A stretch of 64,000 nucleotides of DNA from Candidatus Hydrogenedentota bacterium (lineage in GTDB: Bacteria; Hydrogenedentota; Hydrogenedentia; Hydrogenedentales; SLHB01): the NCBI GenBank assembly GCA_045863335.1, contig BTVY01000001.1, forward strand, positions 168,671 to 232,670, written 5' to 3'. Below are positions 27,795 to 38,378 of this stretch, one piece after another. A program made the position numbers and the translations under genes. The notes under the pieces are model-generated. The model saw nothing but the letters and a program-made list of their open reading frames with translations, did no database searches and was not told the origin of the DNA. Positions within the stretch are counted from its first letter, which is position 1; each line of letters opens with the position of its first letter.

Positions 27795-30700
27795 TTATGA
27801 AGCAAGCGTGGGCGCGATATCGCCCGCGCTTTCTTCTTTCTCCGAGGGAACACTCGGAGCGCTTTGGCGCAAGATGTCCGCACAAACCTTGACGTTTGGA
27901 TTGCGCAGTATGGAGAAATGGTCGCCGGGGACCGTGCGAACGTCCACCCCGCCCTGGGCGAAGCCGGACCAGCCACGGGACTCATCCACGTTGGCTTTGG
28001 CCGTTATGCGGCGTTCCGCGACGAACAGGGTGATCTTCCCTTGGATCGGGCGGAGCTTGTACCGTTTGAACGCCCGCGTGTTCGCAAGGGCGATCCGGAT
28101 CCAGTGCCGGGCGAAGGACTGTTTCATGAGTAGTGAGCCGCCCCCATCTACGTCCGCGGCCGATGTATTCAGCGCTTTCTCGTAGGCGCGCGTGACCCCC
28201 CGTTCCTGCCGGGAAAGTATGCGGCCCTTGAGCCTGCCGATCCAGCGGCCGGGCAACGAAGCGGCCAGAGAGAACCATGCGCCGTCGGCCGTGGTCGCGA
28301 GACCCGACAGAGTGAAGAGCAGCCGGGCGCTCACGTTTTCCCGCATAAGCCTCACCCGTTCGGAGAAGGACTTGCGCGAAGCGCCCGGAGCGCGCTGGCC
28401 GGTAATGGTCTCGATGAGGAACACGTGGCCGGCTTCCTCGCCAAGCTGGCGGGCCATTTCGTAGGCGACGGTTCCGCCGAAGGACCATCCGCCGATGCGA
28501 TAGGGTCCCTCGGGCTGCACGGACCGCATCGCGGCGATGTATTGCCCGGCCATCTCTTCGATGGTCTCGCAGGGGGCCGCCTGTCCTTCAAATGCGGGGT
28601 CCTGGAGTGCGTAGACGGGCTGATCCGCCCCGAGGTGATGGGCCAATGCGTAGTATGCGAACACGGTACCGCCGGCAGGCGCTACAAGAAAAATCGGGGG
28701 CCTGGTGCCAGCGGTCCTCAGGGGAACCAGGAGACCGCACTCACCGCTATCATCGACATCATGACCATTGCCGCCGGCGATACGTTGCGATTCGCGCAGG
28801 GCATCCACCCGGCGCGCCATACCCCCAACAGTGGGATCCTCGAAAACGGTCCGTAGAGGCAACGTGATGGCGAAGCGATCATTGATGCGGGACAGCAGTT
28901 CGACCGCCAGCATGGAATGACCGCCGCTATCCAAGAAGTTGTCGTGGACACCGATTCGGTCGCGGTGAAGGAGGTCTCGCCATATACCGGCGATTCCCCG
29001 TTCCGTGTCGGTCCCGGGCTCGCAGAATCCGTCATCCGTCTTCGCATCGATCCGCTCTTGCTGGAGCAGCGCTTTGCGGTCTACCTTGCCATTCGCCGAT
29101 AGGGGAATAGCGTCGGTTACAGTCAGGCTGGTCGGCACCATGTGGTTGGGCAGTTGCCCCTTCAGCGTGTCGCGCAGGCGTTCGATATGGATCTCCCGGC
29201 CGGAGTCCACGACAACGAAGGCGGCAAGCGCGGGACCGCCGGGGCCGTTTGCCCGAGGCAGTACGACGGCCTCCCGGATACCGGGTTGCCGGCAAAGGAC
29301 AGATTCAATCTCTCCAAGCTCGATGCGATGCCCGCGCACTTTCACTTGATGATCGGTGCGGCCAAGGAACTCGAGCGCGCCATCGGGGCGGTAGCGAACG
29401 ATGTCTCCGGTTTTGTACAGCCGCTTGCCGCTCGCAAAGGGGTGCGGGATGAACCGTTCGGCGGTGAGTTCCGGACGCCCCAGGTATTCGCGCGCGAGAC
29501 CGGCGCCGCCCACGTGCAGTTCACCGGGGACGCCAATCGGCACCGGCTGAAGAGTGCGGTCCAGGACGTAGATTTCGGTGTTGTCGATTGGCCGGCCGAG
29601 GGACGGCATGCCGGGCGCTTGTTCGTCGATTTCGACCAGTCCGGACGTCGAGACGACCGTATTCTCGGTGGGGCCGTAATTGTTCACCAAGGAGAAGGGC
29701 AGGCCCGCTGGAGGACGCCGGCGCAGGGTGTCGCCGCCGGTCAGGAGGATCCGCAAGGCGCACGACTCCGGCCACTCAAGGGCAATGGCCTGCTCGGCCA
29801 ACGGCGTCGGCAGGAAGGCAATCGTGATCCCGTGCCGGGTCAGCCAGTCGCGCAGACCGGGAGCTGAGACTCGCGTGAACTCGTCCGGGATATGGATTGA
29901 GGCGCCGGCGGTGAGATAGGGCCAAACCTCCCAAACCGAGGCGTCAAAAGCGGGACCGGCAAGATGCGTTGCGCGGTCGTCGGCGGTCACGTTGAAGGCG
30001 TTCTGATGCCATTGAATCAGGTTCAGCAGACTGTGGTGCTCGATCACGACGCCCTTGGGCTGACCGGTGGACCCGGACGTGTAGATCGCGTACGCGGGGT
30101 CGGCCGGCGATACGAGAATCCCCGGATTGGCCGCCGGGAGTTCTTCGGAATCGAAGCAGTCTTTTATTTGCACCTGCAATGCTTCCGTCGCAGGCAACCG
30201 GTGGTGGATCGCTTCATCGACCACAACGGCTACCGCGTTGGAGTCTTCGATCATGTACCGCAGCCGCTCGACCGGATAACCAGGATCCAAGGGCACGTAA
30301 GCCGCCCCGGTCTTAAGCACGCCGAGCTGGGCGACGACCATATCGATGCGGCGGCTCGTACATACGGCCACGCGTGTCCGCGGGCGCACACGCAGATCGA
30401 TGAGACGTTGCGCCAGTCGATTGGCGAGACGGTTGAGCTGCTCGTAAGTCAGTTCCGCTTCGCCGTCCGTGAGTGCGAGCGCGTCGGGCCGCCGTGCCGA
30501 GTGATCTTCGATACGCTGATGGACGCACCGGTCGAGCGCCAGCGGCACGGCGGTGTCGTTCCATTCGTGCAACAAGGAGTATCGTTCGTCGTCCGTAAGC
30601 AATGGCAAGGTGGCTACCGGCGTCTCCACATCGCGGGCCACGCCGTGCAGAAGGACCGCGTAGTGGCGCAGCATGCGCCGGATCGTCCGGGCGTCGAAGA

Positions 30701-33700
30701 GATCGGTGTTGTACTCGGCGTTGAACGCCAGGCCGTCTGAAGTCGCAGCAACCGTAAGTGTGAGGTCGAAGCGGGAGCGCAGCGCATCCTTGCCGAAGCG
30801 GGCGACTTCGACGCCGTCCAATGCGGGCAGCGACGCGTCAAAATTCTGCAACGCGAACATCACCTGGAAAAGCGGGCTGTGGGAAAGACTGCGCTGCGGC
30901 GCAATTTCTTCGACGAGCTTCTCGAAGGGGAGATCCTGATGCGCGTAGGCCTCCAGGGCGATGTCGCGCACATGGTGCAGCAGCTTGCGAAACGGCGCGT
31001 GCGGCTCGATCCGGGATCGAAGCGCGAGCGTGTTCGCGAAGTAGCCAATCAGATTTTCGACCTCGGGCCGGTTGCGGTTGGCAATGGGGGTTCCGATGAC
31101 GATGTCGTCCTGGCTTGTGTACCGGTTCAGCAGGGCGTTGAACGCAGCAAACAAAGTCATGAACAGCGTAACGTCTTCACGGCGAGACATCGCTTCCAGG
31201 GCTTCACCGCATGCGGCGTCAAGACGAAGCGTCTCTTTGCCGCCGTTGAACGTTTGAATGGCAGGACGAGGCCGGTCCGTCGGCAATTCCAGTACCGGCG
31301 GCGCGTCGCGCAGGTGATCGGTCCAGTAGTCCAGTTGCCGTTGCAGGTTTTCGCCTTGGAGCCAGTTGCGCTGCCAAGCGGAAAAATCGGAATACTGGAT
31401 GGGGAGCCGCGGCAAGTCTGCCGGCACGCCGCGCACGTGGGCGTTATAGGACGCGGCGAACTCGCGCGCGAAGAGTCCCATGGACCAGCCGTCGGACACC
31501 GCGTGATGCATGGATACGTAAAACACGTGCTCTGTGAGGTCGAGCTGGATGAGGACTGCACGGACCAGGGGTCCCCGTTCAAGATCGAAGGGTTGGACCG
31601 CATACTCGCGAATCAACGACGCTGCTTCGACTTCGCGTTCATCTGGAGCCGGCGATGCGAGATCGATACGCTCCATTCGAATAGACGCCTCGTCATCCAC
31701 GATTTGACGGGGATGGCTGTCGTCGCCCTCAAAGTGGGTTCGCATTACGGAATGACGATGGATCACGTCGCGGAAGGCGTTCTGAAGCGCTTCCACATTC
31801 AAGTTACCGCGAAGGCGCAAGGCCGTGGAGATCGTGTAGACGCCGTCGCGGCCCCCGAGTTTGTCGAGGAACCAGAGCCGTTGTTGTGCGAAGGACAAGG
31901 GGGCAGAACCGGCGGGCGCCGAAGTAATCGCGTCTGCGACGGTACTTGCGTTGGCCGATTGATCCGTGGAGACGACCTGTGCGAGACTGGCCACGGTTGG
32001 CGCTTCAAAAATAGCGCGAAGGGGCAATTCCATTTCGAACGCGGAACGAATCCGTGCGACCGCCTGCGTCGCTTTCAGCGAATGACCTCCAAGATCGAAG
32101 AATCGCTGGTGCCTGCCGACGAACTCCAATCCGAGTACGTCGCAAAAGATAGATGCGATCCGCGTTTCCGCTTCGTCAACTGGCGCTTCAATACTCTCTG
32201 GGGCGCGCGTGTCGGCGGGAACCGGCAGGGCGGTGCGGTCAACCTTTCCAGTCGGGGAAAGCGGAATCGACTCTATTTCCACGAACGCCGCGGGAACCAT
32301 GTAGGAGGGGAGTACCGCGGCAAGCGCGTCTCGCAGACAGCCGTTCGCGCCGCCATTCGCCTCGGGGACGGTATACGCCACCAACTGCGGGTCCCCGGTG
32401 GCATCCGATTTCACGGCGACGACGGCATCCGATACGCCGGGGATTTCCCGCAAGGCGCTTTCGATCTCGCCCAGTTCGATCCGGAATCCGCGAAGTTTGA
32501 TTTGGTCGTCCGCGCGTCCAAGGAATTCAAGCGCGCCGTCGGGGCGGAACCGCACGAGGTCGCCCGTCTTATACAACCGTTGCGCGTGCCCGTTTATCTG
32601 GACGGACAGGAACCGGGCGCCGGTGAGGTCCGGCCGGTTCAGGTAGCCGTGCGCCAAAACAGGCCCCCCGATGTACAGTTCTCCCGGTACGCCTATCGGA
32701 ACGGGTTGCCGGTTCGCATCCAACACATAGACTTCCGCGCCGGGAACCGGATACCCAATGGGAACGGCATCGCGAAACTCCACCGCACATTCAAAAAGCG
32801 CCGCGCAGACCGTGATCTCCGTTGGACCGTACCCGTTAAAGAAACGGCGACCCTGGGTCCACCTGCGCGTAAACTCAGGGGGACACGACTCGCCCGCGCT
32901 GATCAGCACGCCCAAGTCCGGGAGGCTCGACGGATCGAGCTGCCGGATCATGGCAGGCGGCAGGGTTGCCATGCCGATGTTCTCGTCTCTCAGCAACGCG
33001 GTGAGCGTATGCGGGTCGGAAAGCGTCTCGGCATCGGACAACACCAAGGTCGCGCCCGCACCAAGGGCGGGGAAAATCTCCCAGACAAAGGCATCGAAAC
33101 TCATGGACGCGAACTGCAGAACCCGCAGTCCTTCGCGAAGCACGAATACGTCCGCGCTATAGGCCATGAGATTGGTCAAGCTGCGATGGCCAATCAGCGT
33201 GCCTTTGGGTTTTCCAGTTGATCCGGAAGTGTAAATGACGTAGGCGACGTCGTCGGGCGTCGGGCCGCCACCCGGATTCGTATCCGGCATGGCATCCAGT
33301 TCGCCATGGGCGGCATCGAGACAGATCGTTTCCGGATGATGGGGCACGCGCTCGACGCAACTCGAAAAAGTGAGCAGCGCGTGCGGCTGCGCGTCTTCGA
33401 GCATGTATCGCAAGCGCTCCGACGGATATCCCGGGTCGAGAGGAACGTAGGCCGCTCCGGCTTTCATGGCGCCCAACATGGCGACGATCATCTCCACCGA
33501 ACGCGGCAGAGAAATGGCGACGAGCTTCCCGCGACCGATGCCGATCTCCTTGAGATGATGGGCAAGCTGGTTGGCGCGCGCGTTCAACTCGCGGTAGGTC
33601 AATTCATTGCCGTTGTATCGCAACGCGACCGCGCCGGGAGTCTGGTCCGCCCTCTGCTCGAAACGCGCAACGGCGATGTCCGCCGGCTCGACCGCGGGTG

Positions 33701-36700
33701 CGGTCCGGCTGAACGCGTGAAGGAGCTGTTCGCGTTCGGCATCGGAAAGGTACTCGATCGCGTCGATGCTCGCATCCGGCTCATCGAGGGCGCGTTCGAG
33801 AAGCAGCGCATAGTGTTGAAGCATCCGCTCCATGCGCGCGGACTCGAAGAGATCGGAATCATACTCCAACGCAAACGTCAGGCCCGAAGCCGATTCATTG
33901 ATGGCCATGGTGACGTCGAACCGCGAACGTTCGTTGATCGTGGGCACGCGGCTCAGCGTAAGCCCCGGCAAGTGGAACTCAGACTTGGGCGCGTTCTGCA
34001 AAACGAACATGACCTGGAAAATCGGCGAGCGGCTCAGGTCGCGTTCCGGCGCGAGTTCTTCGACGATCCGGTCGAAGGGAACGTCTTGATGACCATACGC
34101 CGCCAAGGCCGTTTCGCGGACGCGTCCAAGCACCTCGCGGAAACTGGGCGCGCCGTCCAGTCGTGTGCGCAATGCCAGCGTGTTGACGAAGAATCCGATG
34201 AGCGATTCCAGTTCGCGCCGGCCCCGGTTGGCAATGGGCGTGCCAACAACGATATCGGACTGGCCGGTGTAGCGGTACAGGAGTACGTTGAACGCCGCGA
34301 GGAGCGCCATGTACTGCGTCGCGCCTTCCGCCTGACACATCGACTTCACGCGTTCGGCAATCGTGCGCGAGATGGTTGCTGTCACACGGGCACCGCGGAA
34401 CTTGCGTACCGCCGGCCGGTGATGGTCGGCGGGCAAATCCAGATACTGCGGAGCATCCCGCAAGTGCTCACGCCAATAAGAGAGCTGGCTTTCGAGCACC
34501 GCGCCCTGCAACCACGCGCGCTGCCACGCGGCGAAGTCGGCGTACTGGACCGGAAGCGAAACAAGCGCGGGTTCGCTGTTTGAGACGCAGGCGTCGTAGC
34601 TCGCGCAGATCTCCCGCACGAGCACGCCCATGGACCAGGCGTCGGAGATGATATGGTGCATGGCGACGGCGAGCACGTGTTCGGTGTCACCCAATCGATA
34701 TAACGCAACGCGAAAGAGAGGACCTTGCGCAAGATCGAAAGATTGATCGACCAATGCGGTCATGTGAGATTCAAGTTCAGTCTGTTGCGCCGCGTCGGGG
34801 AGATCCGTCAGATCGACTGTCTCAAGCGCAAAAGAGATCCCATCAGAAACACGAAGCGCGGGTACGCCCTCGCGATCGACGAAGGTTGTGCGAAGAATCT
34901 CATGCCGTGCGACGATAGTTGCGATGGACTGCTCCAGCGCGCGGCTGTTCAATTCGCCAACCAGCCGGAACCCGGCGGACATGGTGTAGGCGCCGTCGCG
35001 CGCGCCCAGTTGATCCAGCACCCAGAGACGTTGCTGGGAGAACGAGAGCGGCATGGCCTCGTCGCGCGGCACCGGCACGAGCGCAGGGGCTTGGTCGCCC
35101 GTCTGCTCGTTTCGCAACGCGTCGATTCGTGCGGCGATTCCTGCGACTGTCGGTTCTTCGAATATCGCGCGCAATGGAATTTGGACATCGAAGGTGTCGC
35201 GAATGCGCGAGACCACCTGAGTCGCCATGAGGGAGTGTCCGCCGAGGTCGAAGAACCGGTCCGTAACGCCGACGGGTCCTCGGGTAAGAACCTGTTCCCA
35301 AATCCCCGCGACCAACTCTTCGGTAACGGTGCGCGGTGCGACATGCTCACCCGCCACTTCGCCCCACGCCGAGGGCGCGGGTAACGCGCGACGGTCGATC
35401 TTGCCGGTGGCGGTTCGCGGCAACGCGTCCAATACTTGGATTGACGCGGGTACCATGTACTCGGGCAACTCACGCGCCAACTCGCTGCGGAGTTTGGCCG
35501 GGTCCGCCGTCGGCTCCGACGCGGAGACGATGTACGCGACCACGCGCGGACCACCTGAGTTCAATTCCCGCAGCACTACGACAGATTCGGTGACCGAAGC
35601 GTCTTGATTGAGCAACGATTCGATTTCACCGGGGTCGACGCGATATCCGCGTATCTTGACCTGGAAGTCCTTTCGGCCGAGGCATTCGATGGTTCCGTCG
35701 GCTCGACGACGACCGAGATCGCCGGTGCGGTAGAGGGTCGTTCCCGGCGTATCGGGATCGGGCCGGAATGCGGAGGCGGATTCGTTGTCGCGATTCCAGT
35801 AGCCAAGCGCGACGTGAGGACTGCGAACGACGATTTCCCCGAAGACCGGCTCTTCGCCGCCGTGAGCATTCAGCAGCAATAACTCGGTGCGCGCGACGGG
35901 GGATCCAATAGGCACGCGCGCGCGGGCGGCCTCTCCTCCATTCTCGATTTCAAATGCACAGGTAAAGGACGCTTCCGCGCTGCCGTAGAGATTGATGAGG
36001 CGGCATTCGTGCGCAACTATCCTGCGGAACCGGTCGATGTCTTCGCGCCGGACTTCTTCGCCGCCGAGCACGACGGCGCGGAGACTCGCGATGCGCGAAT
36101 CCCTGGTGAGCGCTGCAGCAAATGCGCGGAAGACGGTCGGCGTGCTGTGGTATACCGTGACGCCGGTTTCCTGAAGCCAGTTCCACGCCTCGTAAAGGCT
36201 CTCGCTCTTGAGGTCGATGGGGCACAGGGTTGCGCCGTTGAGCAGCGCGCCGAAGATATCCATTACGGCGGCGTCGAACCCGAAGGACGAGAACAAGCTC
36301 AACCGATCGTCCGGATCGATATCTAACGTTCGCGCGTAGGCGTCGATGTAATGCGCGACATTGCGATGGTTTTGAACGACGCCTTTCGGCTTTCCGGTGG
36401 AGCCGGAGGTGTAGAGGATGTATGCAGGCGATTCAGGATCGCCATTTACGCCATCGTGCGAATCCAGGTGCTCAAACGATTCGATGGCGATCACCGGACA
36501 ACGTTCTCCGGCGATGGCACGTGCGCGCTCCAAAGAGGTATCCGTCGTGAGCAAGGTGCCGATCTGCGCGTCTTCGATCATGAATTGGAGACGCGCCTCG
36601 GGATAGGCCGCATCCATGGGAACGTAGGTCTTACCCGCTTTCAGCGCGCCAAGGAGTGCGGCAATCATGGGCGCGTCGTGTTCAAACATCAAACCGACGC

Positions 36701-38378
36701 GCGACCCCACGGCGTATGTCGCCTCGAAAATACCTGATGCAATCTGAGACGCGCGCCGATCCAGCTCCGCATAGGTCCAACGGTGGTTTCGCGTGTGGAC
36801 CGCAATCGCGTCCGGGGTCGTCGCGGCTTGCCGCTCGAAACGTCGATGGAGCGGCGTTGCGCCGTCGAATGGGTCATCGCCTACCGGAATTGACTCGCGA
36901 GCGGCCAGCGGTATATGGGCGACGGATGCGTCGGCCTGCGCGCAGATCGCGTCGAGTACTGCACCCAAATCACGCAAGAACTGCTGAATCGTTGATTCTT
37001 CAAAAAGGTCACGGTTGTAGACCAGCATGAGCCGGGTCGTCGCGCCGCGAGGCCGCACGTAAAGGGTTAAATCAAATTTGGACTCGGGTTCGCGGCGGTA
37101 GACGCGTTCCACGGCGATATCGCCCATGTCAAGGCCATCGCCGCCCATGTTGATCATGTTGAACAGGACTTGGAAGACGGGCGTCCGGCTGAGGTCGCGT
37201 TCGGGCTGAATCTCCTCCACCAACTTTTCGAAGGGGAGGTCTTCGTGCTCGAATGCATGCAGGACCGTATCGCGCGTCCGGCGCAGGAGCTTGCGGAATG
37301 TAGGGTTTCCCTCGAACCGCGCGCGCAGGGCTACGGTGTTGACGAAGAACCCGATCATGCCCTCCGTGCCGGGGTAGCGGCGTCCGGCGACCGGCGAGCC
37401 GACAACAAAATCATCCTGGCCGGTGTACCGGTACAAGAGCACCTCGAAGGCCGCAAGCAACGTCATGAAGAGTGTCGCGCCTTCGTCTGCGCTCAATTTG
37501 CGAAGGGCGGCGATCGTCTGCGAATCCAGTTCCAGGTACTCGCGACCGCCGCGGAACGTCTGGTATGCGGGACGGGGACGGTCTGTCGGCAGTTCAAGCG
37601 GCGGCGGCGGCCCGGCCAGTTGTTCCCGCCAGTACAGCACGCGCTCGTCCATGTCGTCGTCGAGCCAGGCGCGTTGGATACGCGCGAAGTCGGCGTACTG
37701 GAGCGGAAGCGCATCCAGATCGGGCAAGCGTCCTTCCGAGAAACTCTCGTAGTGCTCCGCCAACTCGCGCAACACGACGCGCATGCTCCACCCGTCCGCG
37801 ACAATGTGATGGAGCACGACCGACAGGACGTGCACGTCCGGCCGCAGCCGGATAAGATACGCGCGCATGAGCGGGGCATTCGACAAATCAAACGGCGTGC
37901 GCGTAAATGCGTCCACCTGTTGCCGGAGACGGCATTCCTCGTCGCCCGGGCCTTCGTCGAGCGTGCACTGGGCGACGGCGAAACTGACGTCCTGCGCGAT
38001 CACCTGCACCGGCTGGTCGTTGAACGCGGCAAAGGACGTGCGCAGCGTTTCGTGGCGTTGCACGATGGCACACAGACTTTGCTCGAGCGCGGCGACATCC
38101 AGCGCGCCCGTGAGCCGGTAGGTCAGGTGCATGTTGTACGTCGAACGGCCCGGCTCGAGCTGATCGAAGAACCAAAGGCGGCGTTGCGAATAGGAAGCCG
38201 CGGCATGCTTGCGGCGTTGGCCGAGTAACGGCGCGATCTCCGGCTTGCGCGCTTTCAATGCATTGCGCAGTTCGGCGGAGAGGCATCCTTTCGGCGCGCG
38301 CAGACACAGCTCATCCCCTTCCGCCCAGATGTGGGCGCCCCTCGCGATGACCTCTGCAAGGAGGGCGGCCGCGGTCAT
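27795..38378 (-). CDS. Three-module NRPS: N-terminal docking domain (TubC_N-like)-C-A-T-C-A-T-C-A-T-TE
   Basis: C motifs HHIVADGWS, HHIISDAWS, HHAVSDGWS; three YTSGSTGxPKG; T motifs GGHSL, GGHSL, GGHSM; TE GWSFGG...GDHF; no E or MT domains seen. Confidence 0.96.
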   Translation of the reverse strand: MTAAALLAEVIARGAHIWAEGDELCLRAPKGCLSAELRNALKARKPEIAPLLGQRRKHAAASYSQRRLWFFDQLEPGRSTYNMHLTYRLTGALDVAALEQSLCAIVQRHETLRTSFAAFNDQPVQVIAQDVSFAVAQCTLDEGPGDEECRLRQQVDAFTRTPFDLSNAPLMRAYLIRLRPDVHVLSVVLHHIVADGWSMRVVLRELAEHYESFSEGRLPDLDALPLQYADFARIQRAWLDDDMDERVLYWREQLAGPPPPLELPTDRPRPAYQTFRGGREYLELDSQTIAALRKLSADEGATLFMTLLAAFEVLLYRYTGQDDFVVGSPVAGRRYPGTEGMIGFFVNTVALRARFEGNPTFRKLLRRTRDTVLHAFEHEDLPFEKLVEEIQPERDLSRTPVFQVLFNMINMGGDGLDMGDIAVERVYRREPESKFDLTLYVRPRGATTRLMLVYNRDLFEESTIQQFLRDLGAVLDAICAQADASVAHIPLAARESIPVGDDPFDGATPLHRRFERQAATTPDAIAVHTRNHRWTYAELDRRASQIASGIFEATYAVGSRVGLMFEHDAPMIAALLGALKAGKTYVPMDAAYPEARLQFMIEDAQIGTLLTTDTSLERARAIAGERCPVIAIESFEHLDSHDGVNGDPESPAYILYTSGSTGKPKGVVQNHRNVAHYIDAYARTLDIDPDDRLSLFSSFGFDAAVMDIFGALLNGATLCPIDLKSESLYEAWNWLQETGVTVYHSTPTVFRAFAAALTRDSRIASLRAVVLGGEEVRREDIDRFRRIVAHECRLINLYGSAEASFTCAFEIENGGEAARARVPIGSPVARTELLLLNAHGGEEPVFGEIVVRSPHVALGYWNRDNESASAFRPDPDTPGTTLYRTGDLGRRRADGTIECLGRKDFQVKIRGYRVDPGEIESLLNQDASVTESVVVLRELNSGGPRVVAYIVSASEPTADPAKLRSELARELPEYMVPASIQVLDALPRTATGKIDRRALPAPSAWGEVAGEHVAPRTVTEELVAGIWEQVLTRGPVGVTDRFFDLGGHSLMATQVVSRIRDTFDVQIPLRAIFEEPTVAGIAARIDALRNEQTGDQAPALVPVPRDEAMPLSFSQQRLWVLDQLGARDGAYTMSAGFRLVGELNSRALEQSIATIVARHEILRTTFVDREGVPALRVSDGISFALETVDLTDLPDAAQQTELESHMTALVDQSFDLAQGPLFRVALYRLGDTEHVLAVAMHHIISDAWSMGVLVREICASYDACVSNSEPALVSLPVQYADFAAWQRAWLQGAVLESQLSYWREHLRDAPQYLDLPADHHRPAVRKFRGARVTATISRTIAERVKSMCQAEGATQYMALLAAFNVLLYRYTGQSDIVVGTPIANRGRRELESLIGFFVNTLALRTRLDGAPSFREVLGRVRETALAAYGHQDVPFDRIVEELAPERDLSRSPIFQVMFVLQNAPKSEFHLPGLTLSRVPTINERSRFDVTMAINESASGLTFALEYDSDLFESARMERMLQHYALLLERALDEPDASIDAIEYLSDAEREQLLHAFSRTAPAVEPADIAVARFEQRADQTPGAVALRYNGNELTYRELNARANQLAHHLKEIGIGRGKLVAISLPRSVEMIVAMLGAMKAGAAYVPLDPGYPSERLRYMLEDAQPHALLTFSSCVERVPHHPETICLDAAHGELDAMPDTNPGGGPTPDDVAYVIYTSGSTGKPKGTLIGHRSLTNLMAYSADVFVLREGLRVLQFASMSFDAFVWEIFPALGAGATLVLSDAETLSDPHTLTALLRDENIGMATLPPAMIRQLDPSSLPDLGVLISAGESCPPEFTRRWTQGRRFFNGYGPTEITVCAALFECAVEFRDAVPIGYPVPGAEVYVLDANRQPVPIGVPGELYIGGPVLAHGYLNRPDLTGARFLSVQINGHAQRLYKTGDLVRFRPDGALEFLGRADDQIKLRGFRIELGEIESALREIPGVSDAVVAVKSDATGDPQLVAYTVPEANGGANGCLRDALAAVLPSYMVPAAFVEIESIPLSPTGKVDRTALPVPADTRAPESIEAPVDEAETRIASIFCDVLGLEFVGRHQRFFDLGGHSLKATQAVARIRSAFEMELPLRAIFEAPTVASLAQVVSTDQSANASTVADAITSAPAGSAPLSFAQQRLWFLDKLGGRDGVYTISTALRLRGNLNVEALQNAFRDVIHRHSVMRTHFEGDDSHPRQIVDDEASIRMERIDLASPAPDEREVEAASLIREYAVQPFDLERGPLVRAVLIQLDLTEHVFYVSMHHAVSDGWSMGLFAREFAASYNAHVRGVPADLPRLPIQYSDFSAWQRNWLQGENLQRQLDYWTDHLRDAPPVLELPTDRPRPAIQTFNGGKETLRLDAACGEALEAMSRREDVTLFMTLFAAFNALLNRYTSQDDIVIGTPIANRNRPEVENLIGYFANTLALRSRIEPHAPFRKLLHHVRDIALEAYAHQDLPFEKLVEEIAPQRSLSHSPLFQVMFALQNFDASLPALDGVEVARFGKDALRSRFDLTLTVAATSDGLAFNAEYNTDLFDARTIRRMLRHYAVLLHGVARDVETPVATLPLLTDDERYSLLHEWNDTAVPLALDRCVHQRIEDHSARRPDALALTDGEAELTYEQLNRLANRLAQRLIDLRVRPRTRVAVCTSRRIDMVVAQLGVLKTGAAYVPLDPGYPVERLRYMIEDSNAVAVVVDEAIHHRLPATEALQVQIKDCFDSEELPAANPGILVSPADPAYAIYTSGSTGQPKGVVIEHHSLLNLIQWHQNAFNVTADDRATHLAGPAFDASVWEVWPYLTAGASIHIPDEFTRVSAPGLRDWLTRHGITIAFLPTPLAEQAIALEWPESCALRILLTGGDTLRRRPPAGLPFSLVNNYGPTENTVVSTSGLVEIDEQAPGMPSLGRPIDNTEIYVLDRTLQPVPIGVPGELHVGGAGLAREYLGRPELTAERFIPHPFASGKRLYKTGDIVRYRPDGALEFLGRTDHQVKVRGHRIELGEIESVLCRQPGIREAVVLPRANGPGGPALAAFVVVDSGREIHIERLRDTLKGQLPNHMVPTSLTVTDAIPLSANGKVDRKALLQQERIDAKTDDGFCEPGTDTERGIAGIWRDLLHRDRIGVHDNFLDSGGHSMLAVELLSRINDRFAITLPLRTVFEDPTVGGMARRVDALRESQRIAGGNGHDVDDSGECGLLVPLRTAGTRPPIFLVAPAGGTVFAYYALAHHLGADQPVYALQDPAFEGQAAPCETIEEMAGQYIAAMRSVQPEGPYRIGGWSFGGTVAYEMARQLGEEAGHVFLIETITGQRAPGASRKSFSERVRLMRENVSARLLFTLSGLATTADGAWFSLAASLPGRWIGRLKGRILSRQERGVTRAYEKALNTSAADVDGGGSLLMKQSFARHWIRIALANTRAFKRYKLRPIQGKITLFVAERRITAKANVDESRGWSGFAQGGVDVRTVPGDHFSILRNPNVKVCADILRQSAPSVPSEKEESAGDIAPTLAS

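Noticed and set aside
30879-33221. 780-aa plus-strand ORF inside the NRPS (and similar long antisense ORFs at 388-2463, 4992-6581, 11812-13116, 54029-55783)
   Set aside because: Antisense shadows of real high-GC genes with no recognisable motifs.
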